64,000 nt of DNA from the human T2T-CHM13v2.0 reference genome, Homo sapiens: assembly GCF_009914755.1 (NCBI RefSeq), contig NC_060934.1. One strand, written 5' to 3'. Below the pieces are notes generated by a model. It saw only the letters and a program-made list of their open reading frames with translations. It had not been told where the DNA came from and searched no databases. The position numbers were made by a program, and so were the translations under genes. Positions 47,611 to 62,380 of the stretch are shown one piece after another (within the stretch, counting starts at the first letter, position 1; each line of letters starts with the position of its first letter).

Positions 47611-47840
47611 CGCTTTGAGGTTGCTGCAGCCCCCTGTGGGTTTGCCACTGGTAACACACTTTGAGGTTGCTGCAGCCCCCTGTGGGTTCACTGCTGGTAA
47701 CACACTTTGAGGTTGCTGCAGCCCCCTGTGGGTTTGCCACTGGTAACACACTTTGAGGTTGCTGCAGCCCCCTGAGGGTTCGCCGCTGGTAACACGCTTT
47801 GAGGTTGCTGCAGCCCCCTGTGGATTTGCCGCTGGTAATG
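47570..47840. repeat. 46-bp tandem repeat, 6 copies, of the LTR 3' terminus
   Basis: tgaggttgctgcagccccctgtgggtttgccactggtaacacactt. Confidence 0.95.
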
Positions 47841-49427
47841 TACTTTGGTGGTGTGTGACTCAAATATATCTGCTGCTAAGAATTTGGCTCTATCTAGTTA
47901 CAGATATTGCAGCTAAATTTCTGAAATACTAAGTCACAAAAAGTCTGCAACTGCTCCCCTAACATAATTGAGAGCTTTTTCAATGACATGGAACATCTAA
48001 GTTGGTTTCATGGCTCTAAATCAATGTGATGAAAAGCACATTAGATAAAACTTACGGGAGGCAGTGAGAGCCAATCTCAGAGGGAGTTCACCACTGTAAA
48101 TGCTGTATTAAAGAAGGATCTCAACTCAATAATCAACTTTACATCATAAGGAACTAAAACACTAGCAGAAGGAAGGAAATAATAGAGATCAGAGCACAGA
48201 CAAAAATAGATAACAGAAAAACAATAAAGAAAATCTACTGTTTAAAAGTTGGTTCTTCAAAAAGATCAACAAAATTGACAAGCCTTTAGCTAACTGACAA
48301 AAAAAAAAGAAAGACTATTCAAATAACTAAAATAAGTAAGGCAAGTGGAGACATTACTACCGACCTCAGGGAGATAAAAAGGATTATAAGAAAATCCTAT
48401 GAACATTTGCACACCAACAAATTAGATAATCTAGAAAAAATGAACAAATCCCTCCAAACACACCCAGACTGACTCAGGAAGAAATAGAAAATCTCAACAG
48501 ACTTATAATAAGAGATTAAATTAGTAATCAAAAGCCTCTTAATAAAGAAAAATCCTGGACTATATGGCTTCATCAGTGACTCCCATCAAACATTTAAAGA
48601 AGCATTAGCAACAATCCTTATTGACTCTTCAAAAATTTAAAGAAAAAGAAACACTCCTGGGTTCACCCTATGAGGCCAGCATTACTCTGCTATCAAATCC
48701 AGATAAAGACATCACAAGAAAAGAAAATTATAGATCAATATCCCTTATGAATACAGGTGCAAAAATCCTCCACAAAAGATTAGCAAATGAAATCCAACAG
48801 CATATTAAAAAGATGACTTATAATGACCAAGTAGGATTTATGAGAGATGCAATGGTGGCTCACTGTGTGCAGATCAGTCAGCGTGATGCACAGTATTCAG
48901 CATTAACAGAACAAAGGAGAAAAACCACACAACCGGCTCAATTGACAGAGAAAAGGCATTTGGCAAGACCCACACTATTTCATGATAAAAACTCTCAGAA
49001 AACTAGAAATAGAAAATTCCTCAACATGATAAAGGGTCCTTATGGAAAGACCCACAGCTCACGTCACATGCAATGGTGAGGCTGAAGCTCTCTCACTAAG
49101 ACCAGGAACAAGACAAGGCCACTGCTTCCACTGCTGCTATTCCACCAGAGGCTCTGGCCAGAGCTACTGGACAACAACAAGAAAGAACACGGTGAGAAGG
49201 CAGCCAGGCTGTGTGTGCTATACTGGAAAAGAAGAGGTAAAACTATCTCTATTCACAGATGACATGATCCTATACAGAGAAAATTCTTACAAATCCACAA
49301 GAAAACTATTAGAGCCAATTAATGAATTCAGAAAAGTTGCAGGGCACAAGATCAACACACAACAATCAGCTGTGTTTTTATTCACCAGGAATGAAAACTC
49401 CAAAAATGAAATTAGAAAGAAAGTTCT

Positions 49428-50183
49428 ATAGACTGAGCTGTGTGCCCCCAAAATTCATATCCTGAGACTCTAACCCTCACTGTGGTGGTATTTGGCGACA
49501 GGGCCTCTGGGAGGTAATTGACGTTAGATAAGGTCACGAGAGTGGGGTCCTCACAATGAAGTTGGTGCACTTTAAGAAAAGACACCAGAGAGCTTGCTCT
49601 CTCCTTCTGTGTGCCACATGAAGACACGGTGAGAAGGCAGCCAGGCTCTGTGTGCCATGAGACACGGCGAGAAGGCAGCTAGGCTCTGTGTGCCATGAGA
49701 CACGGCGAGAAGGCAGCCAGGCTCTGTGTGCCACATGAAGACACGGTGAGAAGGCAGCCAGGCTCTGTGTGCCACATGAAGACATGGTGAGAAGGCAGCC
49801 AGGCTCTGTGTGCCACATGAAGACATGGTGAGAAGGCAGCCAGGCTCTGTGTGCCACATGAAGACACGGTGAGAAGGCAGCCAGGCTCTGTGTGCCATGA
49901 GACACGGCGAGAAGGCAGCTAGGCTCTGTGTGCCATGAGACACAGTGAGAAGGCAGCCAGGCTGTGTGTGCCACATGAAGACATGGTGAGAAGGCAGCCA
50001 GGCTGTGTGTGCCACATGAAGACACAGTGAGAAGGCATCCAGGCATTGATGGCCAGGAAGATGTTCCTCACCAGAACCCAGCCACGCTGGCTCCCTGATC
50101 TCAGACTTCCAGATCCAGACTTTGATAAATAAATTAAGCCATCCAGTCTATGGTATTTTGTTATGGCAGCCCAAGCTAAGACA
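49428..50183 (+). mobile_element. MaLR (MLT1A/MST-like) LTR with internal VNTR
   Basis: tatagactgagctgtgtgcccccaaaattcatat...ggtattttgttatggcagcccaagctaagaca. Confidence 0.85.
49607..50045. repeat. 38-41-bp minisatellite, ~11 copies
   Basis: ctgtgtgccacatgaagacacggtgagaaggcagccaggct. Confidence 0.95.
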
Positions 50184-52375
50184 GAAAGCATTCCTGTTTA
50201 TAACAGCACCTTAAAAAATTAAATACTTAGTAATAAATCTAACCAAAGAGGTGAAAGACTTACATGCTAAAAACTATAAAAGGTTGCTGAAAGAAATTAA
50301 AGATCTAAATAAACAAAAAGATAGACCATGTTCATGGATAGGAAGCCTTAACATTGTTAAAATGTCAATACTACCCAAAGCAGTATTCAACGCAATCCCT
50401 ATGGGTTACAATAGTCTTTTTAAAAATATATATAATTTTAAAAAATGATCCTCACATTCATATGGAATTAAAAAACTGATCCTCAAATTCATATGGAATT
50501 GCAAGGGGCCCCAGACAGCTAAAACAATCTTGAAAAAGAACAAAGTTGGAGGACCCACACTTCCCAACTTGGAAACATATGACAAAGCTACAGTGACTCA
50601 AATAGCATAGTGTTGGCAAAATGATACCATACAGGCCGGTGAAATAGAATAGAGAGCCCCAAAATAAATCCCTGCATTTCTGGTCAAATTATTTTCAGCA
50701 ACAGTGCCAAGACCATTCACTAGGGAAAGCACAGTCTCTTCAAGTGGTGCTGGAAAAACTGGATATCCACATGGAAAAGGCTGATGTTGAACCTTTACCT
50801 AATACCATATGCAAAACTTAACTCAAATGGATCAAAGATCTAAACTTAAGAGCTAAAGCTACAAAATTCTTAGAAGAAAATAATGGAGAAAATCCTCATG
50901 GTATTAGATGTAGCAGGACCAGGGATATGACACCAAAGACACAGGCAACAAAAGAAAAAATAGATAAACTGAACCTCTTAAAAATTAGGAACATTTATGC
51001 ATCAAATGGCATGATCAAATGAGTGAAAAGTTAACCCAGAGAATGGGAGAAAATACTTGCAAATCAGGTATCTGCTGAGGGATTAATATGCAGGCTCTGT
51101 CCTGAGGCTCTCTGGCATGAACCTCCGTCTGCTACGGCCCTCACTGTCCGTGGGCTCTCCCTTCACAGGCCCCGCCGCACACCGCAGGTTGGTAGGAACC
51201 GCATATCTAGGTCAGCCAGGACTCTTGGTCACAAGCAGTAAAAATCTACTCTGGTCTTCCTGGGCAGCCAGAAAATGTGCTGGGCAGCGCCAGTGGGAGG
51301 CTAAGCCCTGGGGCCAGGAAGCTGCATCTGGCCCACAGGATGGCCATGTGTGGGTTGGCAGGTTGGCAGGTTGGCAGGTCGGCAGGCCAGGTGGAGCAGC
51401 CTTGGCTTGCCTCCGTACTCTCCAGTCTGGCTCCAGAGGCAGCTCTGCACAGAGCTCAGACCCAGGCTTCCTGGGGGAGCCAGCCGAGGAGGGTCCCTTT
51501 GCCTAGACCACACTGGATGAGGAGGCAGTCCCCCGGAGGAGGCCAGCATGGGGAGAGAGGCTGGGGTGGGCTGGACAGCCCAGAGGCCCCGACACAGCCT
51601 TTTCAAAGTCAGGCCAAGAAGCTGCCTTGGGCATGCATCTGAGGATCCAGCGCAGCGGCTTCTGTAGCCGCACCCACTGTCTCTGCCTGCTGTCTGGTGC
51701 CCCACTCCCGTCCTCCTCCTCCCACTGGAGCTTTGGGTTATGCAGCTCTGCTTCTCTTAGAAGGGCCCCGTTTTGTGGGTTCTCTGTGGCTGACTCCTGA
51801 TTCCTGGTTACAGCTGAGGCCAGCAGAAGAGAGCTCAGAGTGGGCTGGTCTGGCTCAGCCCTGGTCTGGAGACTGACCCCAACCCGAGAGTCTCAGCCTC
51901 TTTCCAGGAGGAGCGGGATGCCTCCCCATCTCCCAGCAGGGAGCTGCATCCACAGACCTGTGAGCCAGGAGCACGAAGCCTTCACCAACTCCAGCGCCTG
52001 CTCAGGAAGCCCAGTCCACAAGGCTGAGGCTTGTCCTGCCAGTCTGTGCCCAGCGAGAAGCTGGCCAGGCTCCTGCTCTTGGAGAGGCCTGCAGGACCAC
52101 TCCAGGACCCATGCCTAGCCTCCCTCCAACAGCCCTAGAAGGAGGTGCACTCTTGGGTCCACTTGGCCCCTCTCCTTCAACCGTCCTCCCTGGGTTGCCC
52201 CATCCCCTGGGCCTTGGGGGCTCCACTCCCCGCCACCCCACTCTGCCTTAAGCCGCCAGAGGCACCTGTGGCCCAGCCCCCGCCCCCTGCCCTGCCCTCT
52301 GCTTGCTGTTCTCAGGGCCACCCTCTCTCATGGCAGGTGGGGCCTGTCCTCCCTGCCTAGAATCCAAGCCTCTTA

Positions 52376-53445
<1,070 letters not shown>

Positions 53446-54469
53446 TCACTGTCTTGAACTGTGGACTACACAGGTGGTATTCTAAGATGGGGCACCTCCT
53501 GGCCCACAAGCACATGTGCACAGGGCTCCGCCCTCCCCGAATCTGAGTCAGCTTCAGGGACTTGCTAGACTGCAGGGATGCAGGGCAAGGGGCTCCTGGT
53601 CTTCTGAGGCCTGGAGTGCCCACGTGTGGCCTGGGTGCCGGAGACAGCCGCCCTGGGAATGCTCTCAACCACGGAGCTGGCAGTCACATGGCAAGGGTGG
53701 GAGTGGGCTATGGGGACATCCAGCTAGTGGACCCTCAAGACTGTCACCCCAGCTGACTCTCACAGTAACCTTATGAGCGACCCCAACCCAAAACTAACTA
53801 GCTGTGTCCAGTCAGCCCCCAGAACCATGGGGCAGAATCATTAACTGTTTTTTTAATGACTAATCTTTAGAGGGACTTGTGCAGCAACAGATCCACAGAA
53901 CCAGCCCCTCTTTTGGGGCCTCTCCCCTCTAAGAGCCCTGCTGCCCAAGCCCACATGGAAGTCTGGCCCCAGAAGGTCCACTCTGCACCCAGAGCTTGGC
54001 CAGGTGCACACTCCTGGGTGTCAACAGCAGCATCAGCTCCACGGCTCCTCATCCCTGGACGTTCGCTGCTCCAGGGCTGCCGTGGCTGGGGCTGCAACGC
54101 CACACACACTAAGGCAGGATTCTCGCCATGGATGGGGGAGCACGCCCTTGCGGCTCAGCTCAGAGGAGGCACCAGATTTATTCTATGAGAAAGATGCTGG
54201 CTCACGGGTAGACTCCCCTCATGGGCCAGGGTCCCAGAGCCAGGAATCTGCTTGCAGGAGCAGACAGCCACTTCTGCCCCTCTGTCCCAAAGGAGTCAAA
54301 GGAGGAAGGCGCTGCCCCTTGGCCTGCATGGGCCTGCAGTGCCCAATGCAAGCCGGTGGTCTGAAGCTGAAACCACCTTCTAAGGCGGGCATGGCGACCT
54401 AGGCAGGGCAGGAAGGAGAGTTCAGTTTCCTGGGTACTGCCGTCCTAAACATTTTGATCTGGGTTATGC

Positions 54470-56570
54470 AGTTGTTGAGTGTTCCATAAATGCCAATGAG
54501 TGAGGTCTGTTCCTTCCATCTGTAGCCTCAGTGACTTCCCCCCTACTTTGTTCTGTCAGCTGCTGAGAGAGGAATGTTAAAATCTACAGCTAGAATCGTA
54601 GACGTATCCATGTTTTACTTCCTGTATTTTCAAGCTCTGCTATTAGGTGAACACACATTTAGCATTTTTATGTCTTCTTGAAGATTGAATCCTTCATCAT
54701 GAGGAATGTCTACCTCGGATCGCGTGCCTGGGCCGTTTAACCGGACACCAGCTTTCTTGTGGTTGGCACTTGCAGAGTGCCTCTCTCCCATCCTTTTACC
54801 TTCAATCTGTGTCTATACATTTGAAGAGGGTCTCCCGTACGTAGTTTATCATTGGGTCTTGCTCCTATGTTCTGTATCTGTGTCTTTACATTTGAAGAGG
54901 GTCTCCTGTACGTACTTTATCATTGGGTCTTGCTCCTATGTTCTGTGAGATAAACTGCATTTTAACTGCAGTGTTGGTTCGTTTACGTTTAATGGAATGA
55001 CTGATATGGGTCAAATCCACCATTTGGTCCTTGCTTTCCTTTTGACTTACATGTTCTTTGTTCCTTTCTTCCCTTTTTTTGCATGAATGGAATATTTTTT
55101 AGTATCCCAATTCATATCCTCTATTAGATTTTTAGTTACATCTCTTTGCTTTATTCCATTTGTTAGCATTTGCTCTAGGGATTGCAGTGTGCATCCTTCA
55201 CCAACCACGGCTCTACCTCACCTGAGTCCTACTCCACGTCACGTGTGGCACGAGGGCCCTCGGAATCGCTGCCTCTCAGCCCGCCCTGTGTGTTTCCACT
55301 GCCCTGCATCTTGCCTCTATATTTATGAAAAATCCCACAATAGGATGCTATTTTTGCTTTAAAAGGTCAAGTGTTTCTTGAAGAATTTAAGAACTGAAAG
55401 GGAAAAAAGTCTTTTATGTTTACCCCCAAATTTACCATTTTTGGTGTTTTTCATCTCCTCTAGCATGTCCTCTTCTGAGGATCTGCTGGGAATGGATCCT
55501 CTTAGCTCTTATTAATCTTAAAATGTCTTGATTCTGTCTTCATTTGTGAGGACTATTGCTGGCGGATATAGAATTCTAGACTGACAGGTTTTCTTTTTTT
55601 AACACTTAAAAACTGTCATCCTTTGTATTCTGGTTTGCATCATTTCTGATGAGAAGTCAGCAGCAGCTCTTGCCCTGGTTTTCCTGTATGCACAAATCCG
55701 TCCCCATGCTAACTCCTTTCCAGGATCTGCTCCCGGTCTTTGGTCTTCAGCAATGTGACTACAATTCCCCCACGATGGAGCCAGGTGTGGTTTTCTTTGC
55801 GTTTATCCCACTTGGGATTCCTTGAAAGTCTTGGATCTCCAGGTTGATATTTTTAATTCAACTTGTAAAATTTTCAGCCATTATGTTTTCAAACGTGTGT
55901 ATTTTGGCCTCCCCCTGCTGCCTCTGTCCTCCTGAGACTCCAGTTACACTCAGGTTAGACCCCCTGCTATGGCCCCACAGGTCACAGACGGAAAGCTCTG
56001 TGGCCCCACGGGTCACAGACGGGAAGCTCTGTTCATTTAGTTTCTCCGTTTTTCTCCCTGTGCTTCGGTTTTCATAGTCCACTGGCCTGGATTCGAAGTT
56101 ACTGATCATTCTTCAGCGTCCAGCCTGATGATAACACTCTTCCAGTGGCGTTTGCATTTCAGACACTTTATTTTTCATTTCTAGGAATTCCATTCAGTGA
56201 TTTTATTATCGGTTCCATTCTTTATTGAAATTCCTGTCTGTACACTAGTTATTTCCATTGAAAATCTGATTATATTGACAGTAGCTGTTTTCAACTCCTC
56301 ATCTGCTCATGTCAACATACACCACAGCTGGGTCTGTTGGCTGTTTTTTCTATTCTACTCTTTTCTTCCTGGTTATGAGCCACATTTTCTTGCTTTTGCA
56401 CACATCTAGTAATTTCTTACTTTATGCTGGACGTCGTGAGGGCTCTGCTGCTGAAAGTGTGGATTGTGTCCACTTCCTTTAAAGAGTGTTGGGTTTTGTT
56501 CTGACAGGCAGTTAATTACTGGTGGCTCAGCTTCATCCTACTGAGATGTGGTTTAGGCTTTGTTGGGGTG
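54470..56570 (-). mobile_element. Old L1 (L1ME-like) antisense remnant with small internal duplications
   Basis: T-rich; gctggcggatatagaattctagactgacag, catttctgatgagaagtcagc; ORF 55858..56109 FENIMAENF resembles L1 ORF1; ~72-bp duplication at 54810-54946. Confidence 0.7.
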
Positions 56571-56578
56571 AGTCTGCA

Positions 56579-56932
56579 CTCACCCCATTGCTAAGGTGTG
56601 TCTTTCTGAATGCCTGGAGTTCAGTGAGTTACGCCCCAATGTGAGCTGGCCACAGCTCCAACTTCTCTCACCCCATTGCTAAGGTGTGTCTTTCTGAATG
56701 CCTGGAGTTCAGTGAGTTACGCCCCAGTGTGAGTTGGCCACAGCTCCAACTTCTCTCACCCCATTGCTAAGGTGTGTCTTTCTGAATGCCTGGAGTTCAG
56801 TGAGTTACGCCCCAATGTGAGCTGGCCACAGCTCCAACTTCTCTCACCCCATTGCTAAGGTGTGTCTTTCTGAATGCCTGGAGTTCAGTGAGTTACGCCC
56901 CAATGTGAGCTGGCCACAGCTCCAACTTCTCT
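56579..56932. repeat. 88-bp tandem repeat, 4 near-identical copies
   Basis: caccccattgctaagg...gctccaacttctct at 56581, 56669, 56757, 56845. Confidence 0.96.
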
Positions 56933-58484
56933 AGCGCAGGATGGCCTCTGGCATCTTGTCAGCGTACAGACCCCTCCATCCCTGTTTTCTGCCAGGCCTG
57001 GAATCTAGTCCTGTGCACACACAGTTTACCACCAGACAGGCACAGACTCATGGGTGGCTCCACAGAACGAGGGCCCCACCCCACCTGCCGCGTCACATCC
57101 TGGACACCTCAGCTGCTACAGCCTCAAGCCCTGACCCATTTCTCCCCGCGACTCTTCCATCCATCTGGGCCCAAGCCCTGACCCGTTTCTCCCCGCGACT
57201 CTTCCATCTGGGCCCGCTCTCCAGGCTGCAGCATGTGAAGCTCCCTTAGGCAGAATGCGGAGCCCACTTCCGATATTTCCTTCTAGCAAGAATGGCTGCC
57301 TGGTACTGCCTGCTGTCCAACAGCTAAAAACAACTGTCTCACGTATATTTTCAAGTTTTACAGTTTTTCTTTTTCACAGCACAAGAGTACGATACCCATT
57401 ATGCTTTCAAGGCCGGAACTAGGTGACTTTTAAATTTATATTATTAACAACATTAAATATAAATATATTACACATAATAAATATATGATATGTGAATATA
57501 TATAAAATCACTGTTGGTGATTACGTTAAATAAAAATGTTGAGCTGAGTTGGAAGGTCCAAATGACACTCTTAAGACTATTGTTCTTTACCCATTTTGTG
57601 TGTATTTTAATAATCTACATGAAATGTATAATATATATTCCTTGACACTAATAGCATAAATGCGAAACTGATTTGGCAACCACACAGTCACAATTGAGAA
57701 TATGAACTCATTCGTAACTGCTGTACTTTTCACCAAGAACAGAAAGCCATTTTTGCTATTAGTGTAAAATGCTATCATAAAAGCTACTCTGTGGCAAATT
57801 CCATGCTAGAGTTTCTACACATAATTTTCAAAACGGAAAGAAATTAGAATGAAGAACTGAAATATGTGTAAACTTTTTAAAGTATCTCTTACAAAGGCTG
57901 GTCGTCTGCTGGATGTGGGCATGGGTCCTGCTGGACTGGGGAAGGGCCTGTGGCTCTGACAGTGACCAGCGAGGTGACCACATCATCTCCTGCTGAGCAG
58001 CACGCCTGCGGGTTCTCTCCAGTCTCCTGGCACCCAGGCTGCCTGCACACAGGAGCACCCACCTGCGGTTGGTGGAAAGGCGCCAACACTGCGCCCAGGG
58101 CAGAGGGGCTCCCGCTGGGCGCAATGACACCAAGGGCCACTAGAGGACAGCAATGGTCCACAAAGGACTTTCCAAAGTCTTAACGTGGAAATCCAATTTT
58201 TCCAGTCTCATATGACTTCTCCTTTTCCCTGTCACCATATGTTTAAATTTACAGCTTTAGCTAATTTAACAGAAAAAATGATTTTTAAGTCAATTTACAC
58301 AGCAGTGGCACGGCCAGGGCGCCCAGCCCCCACATCCTCCTGTTGTGTGCCGCTCTGCCCTCCACACTTGGGGAAGTAATTGTAACTCAGTTATGAGGAG
58401 GCTTTATGCAGCAGCACTCTGCACCCTCACCTCTATGACGCTGTCTTTGTAGTTTATTTCTCTTAGAAATAATGTTTGTTCTGT

Positions 58485-58570
58485 TTTGTTTGGAGACAGA
58501 GTCTCGCTGTGTCACCCAGGCTGGAGCGCAGTGGTACAATCACGGCTTGCTGCAGCCTCGACCTACAGGC
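58485..58570 (-). mobile_element. Short Alu/FLAM fragment
   Basis: gagacagagtctcgctgtgtcacccaggctggagcgcagtggtacaatcacggct. Confidence 0.8.
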
Positions 58571-60144
58571 TCCTTACGAGGGTGAATGCAGTTCAGCTCA
58601 CTCAGACCCCCTGCAGCCCCTTCCAACTGACTTGTGTGGCCAGTGACCGCATGACACTTAATCCCCACCTATCACCTTGGCACCTACGACGTCACGCCAG
58701 CCTCTCATCTTCTGGTCCCCACTGTGACCCTGGTGACTCACCTTCCCGGTGAGGACCACAACACCCACGCTTCCCTTAGCTCGTCCTTCCTGCTCTACCA
58801 GCATATGTTATCTGCGCTTTTCCTTCACTTTTGTATTGTCAAAATCAATCCTTTCCTTTTGTCAAAATGCTTCTTTCTTTGTCAACAAGTTAATCCTAAA
58901 AGTGGAATATCAGTGAACACCATGTTTCTCATTGGAGAGTCCGGCTGTAAATGACTTGGTTTCCCGGACTCTCTAACTGGTGTACGCCTCTGAACTGTCC
59001 CCATCCGTCCTATGAGGGACTCTGTCTCCCCGCCCTCCCCAGGGTCCTCCTGAGCCACCCAATGCAGTCAGACAGCTCTCTCCGCACAGCGTCCATCTGG
59101 GGACAGCTCTTGACTACCTTTCTAGGTTGAATCTGTTATTTCTAGCATCCCACATATCTTTCCTTTTTTTTTTTTTTTTTGGTTTACTTCCTTGTTTTTC
59201 TGGATCATATCCTCAAGAAACTTTCTAAAAATGGTGTATGGGAAGTACACTCTCTGGGTCCTTTTGTCTAAAATGGCTTATTTTGACCTGATATGTGACT
59301 GATGGTTTGGGTGAGCTTGAATTCCAGGCTGACAATTACCTCCACGTGGAACGTTCTATTTTCTTTTTGCTTCAAGTGGTGGCTGCTGAGAAGGTTGGGG
59401 CAGTTCTATTTCCTGCTCCTCTGATCTCAGCCTGGTGTCAGACAGAGACTTCCAGAGACACCTCTGATCCTGGCCTGGTATCTCAGCATGTCCAGAGCCA
59501 GGCAGATGTATTTTCAGCCTCAGCACATCCAGGGCCTGAGGGGCCAGGGTGGGTGGCAGGCATCTCCTGCTTATGCCAGAGCTGCAGGGCTGGGGACGCA
59601 CCCCCAGCCCCACCTGCAAGGAAGGCTAGGGAGGGACATCAAAGGAGGTGAGTTTTCCTTTTGGAAGCAAATTGATTTTTATTACAGGCTGCAGGGAAAA
59701 TGTAACCTCTAGCCTCCAACAGAGGGATGCCAAAGAGGGGGGCCTGGCATGGAATCCTGTCCATACTGTTTTGGAAGAAAGATCATTTGCAGTGAAAAGC
59801 CCGTCGATGTTGGCAAAGAGAAAACAGCGGGACTGGGCTCCAGACCAACTCTGCTCCGGCCCTTTGCTGCCACGCTCTCCCTCTAGCCCCCCTTGTGAAC
59901 GTGGGGCACCACGCATGGCAGTGCCAGGCCAGCAGGGCAGGGTCCCAGGTGCACAGCTCCTGGCAGGGCTCGCAGCCTCCTGAGCACTCGCAGTCTCACC
60001 CCTGCCAAGGCAGTGCTTATAGCCCATCGCCTGGGTTCAGTCCCAGCTCTGCCACTCACCCCAGCTGGGTGGCCTCAGAAGCAACTTGGCCTCTGCCTGC
60101 CCATTTCCTGCTCTAGAGCCTGGGAACAGTAGTGCCTGCCAACC

Positions 60145-60628
60145 GAGAAGAGTGAACGGGGTCCTGGCGCGTGATGCCCCGTCCTGGGCACTGAGAAGAG
60201 TGAACGGGGTCCTGGCGCGTGATGCCCCATCCTGGGCACTGAGAAGAGTGAACGGGGTCCTGGAGCGTGATGCCCCGTCCTGGGCACTGAGAAGAGTGAA
60301 CGGGGTCCTGGCGCGTGATGCCCCGTCCTGGGCACTGAGAAGAGTGAACGGGGTCCTGGCGCGTGATGCCCCGTCCTGGGCACCGAGAAGAGTGAACGGG
60401 GTCCTGGCGCGTGATGCCCCGTCCTGGGCACCGAGAAGAGTGAACGGGGTCCTGGCGCGTGATGCCCCGTCCTGGGCACCGAGAAGAGTGAACGGGGTCC
60501 TGGCGCGTGATGCCCCATCCTGGGCAATGAGAAGAGTGAACGGGGTCTTGGCGTGTGATGCCCCATCCTGGGCACTGAGAAGAGTGAATGGGGTCCTGGC
60601 GCGTGATGCCCCGTGCTGGGCACTGAGT
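60145..60628. repeat. 48-bp CpG-rich minisatellite, 10 copies
   Basis: gagaagagtgaacggggtcctggcgcgtgatgccccgtcctgggcact. Confidence 0.97.
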
Positions 60629-61371
60629 GAATGGGGGGCCTGGTACATGGTATCCAGTCCTGAGCACTGGCCTGCTTGTGCCTCTGAGCACCCAGGAGAC
60701 CCCGGACACGTGGAAGTTGCCGACGTGAAAGGCATCTTGGCACGTTCCTATGTTGGCCTCGCATCCCCACGGGTGTGGCCGACACAGGCCCTGGAGCCGT
60801 CCTGGTGTGCAGGGCTGTGGGAAGATGGGGCGTGGGCCTGGGGCGCTCCTTGCCTCCGGCAGGTGCTGCCCACGCTGGCCATTTGGCCACAGAAAACATC
60901 GTTACAGCCTTTGGGTCAGCGGTTTCATCTTCCAGGATTATTAGACCCAGGAAATTAGCCAAAAAGAACCTCAAGGAAAACAACCTTTACTGCAGAAACA
61001 TTTACAATAGCAACAGATGGAAAACAGCCTCATATTCAAAAATTGGGGAAAGATTAGGGATGATAACAATTGCTCAACTGGATGGAACACGGTAAGCCAC
61101 TAAAAGTGAGATCCGTGAAAATTAAAGAATGAGAATGTTCTGTGTCCAGCTATGCTGACGACGGGGACCTGGCGGCACGGCTGACTCTGGAGAGTGAGCG
61201 AGGGACCCAAGTCAGAGGCCATTTTCTTTCATTGAAATTACCCTTATTTATTTTCAAATTTAATTAGCGTGCATATCTGTCTATTCAAAATTACTTCAAA
61301 GCTGTATGTCGTTAGAAATGGCAGCTGTCTACCTGCTGAATGTCCCTATCCCCTCAAAATTCCCTTCGACC

Positions 61372-61720
61372 TGCCATGGGCGGAGTGTCCGTGTCCCCTC
61401 AAAATTCCCATGCTGGGCGATCCTCACCCCCACAGTGATGGTGTTGGGGTGGCCTTTGATGGCCTTTGAGGGGGGTTGGATCATGGGGATGGAGCCCTCA
61501 CAAACAGGGTTAGTCCCTTATGAAAGGGACCCCAGAGAGCCCTGCCCCTTCCCGCATGTGAGGACACAGCGGGAGGCGCCGTCTGTGAGACAGGAAGGGG
61601 CCCTCGCAGACGCCGAATCTGCCACACCTCGATGGCACTTCCAGCCTCCGGAACTGTGAGCAGGAACCATCTGGGGTGGGAGCCCCCCGGTCTGTGGCCC
61701 TTTGTCCCAGCCTCTGAAGG
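61372..61720 (+). mobile_element. MaLR (MLT1A-like) LTR
   Basis: gtgtcccctcaaaattcc...ggagccctca...cccttatgaaagggaccccagagagc...atgtgaggacacagc...cttccagcctccggaactgtgag. Confidence 0.8.
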
Positions 61721-61944
61721 CTGAGGCCCCCCCTTTCTGTGCCTACAATGCACACGCGGCCAGCAGGCCACACACCCCTCCTGCTGAGGCCCACGTGACT
61801 TCAGAATCCTTCCTGACCAGCTTTCCACGGGGCCACTGCTGACTTGTCCATGAGGGCACGGGGCCGGCAGGACGGAGGCTGCCTGTGCACATGGCTGAGG
61901 CCTGTGGGAAGCTTTCTGGACTGGGCCTGGAGACCTGGTGGAGT

Positions 61945-62150
61945 GCTCACCTGCTCCCTGATCTGTGATCGCCGCCCAGGCCCGCGCTCCCTGCCCGTTT
62001 TGGGGACCTGGTGGGGCGCTCACACGCGCCCTGATCTGTGATCGCGGCCCAGGCCCGCGCTCCCTGCCCGTTTTGGGGAACTGGTGGGGCGCTCACCTGC
62101 TCCCTGATCTGTGATTGAGGCCCAGGCCTGCGCTCCCTGCCCGTTTTGAG
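61945..62150. repeat. 73-bp tandem repeat, ~3 copies, next to a splice donor
   Basis: gctcacctgctccctgatctgtgatcgc...caggcccgcgctccctgcccgttttgggg. Confidence 0.9.
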
Positions 62151-62179
62151 GGAATTTGTCCAGTCATGAGGGTTACTTA

Positions 62180-62380
<201 letters not shown>

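Larger units (their letters stand above)
48040..51092 (+). mobile_element. L1 (L1MA/MB-like) ORF2 remnant interrupted by a MaLR LTR
   Basis: ORFs 48621..49079 (YEASITL...[19 protein letters not shown]...DQVGF), 49042..49431 (EEVKLSLFTDDMILY) and 50251..50448 are L1 reverse transcriptase motifs with frameshifts. Confidence 0.93.

Noticed and set aside
48621-50448. Functional reverse transcriptase or retron-like system
   Set aside because: Fragmented L1 ORF2 interrupted by an LTR
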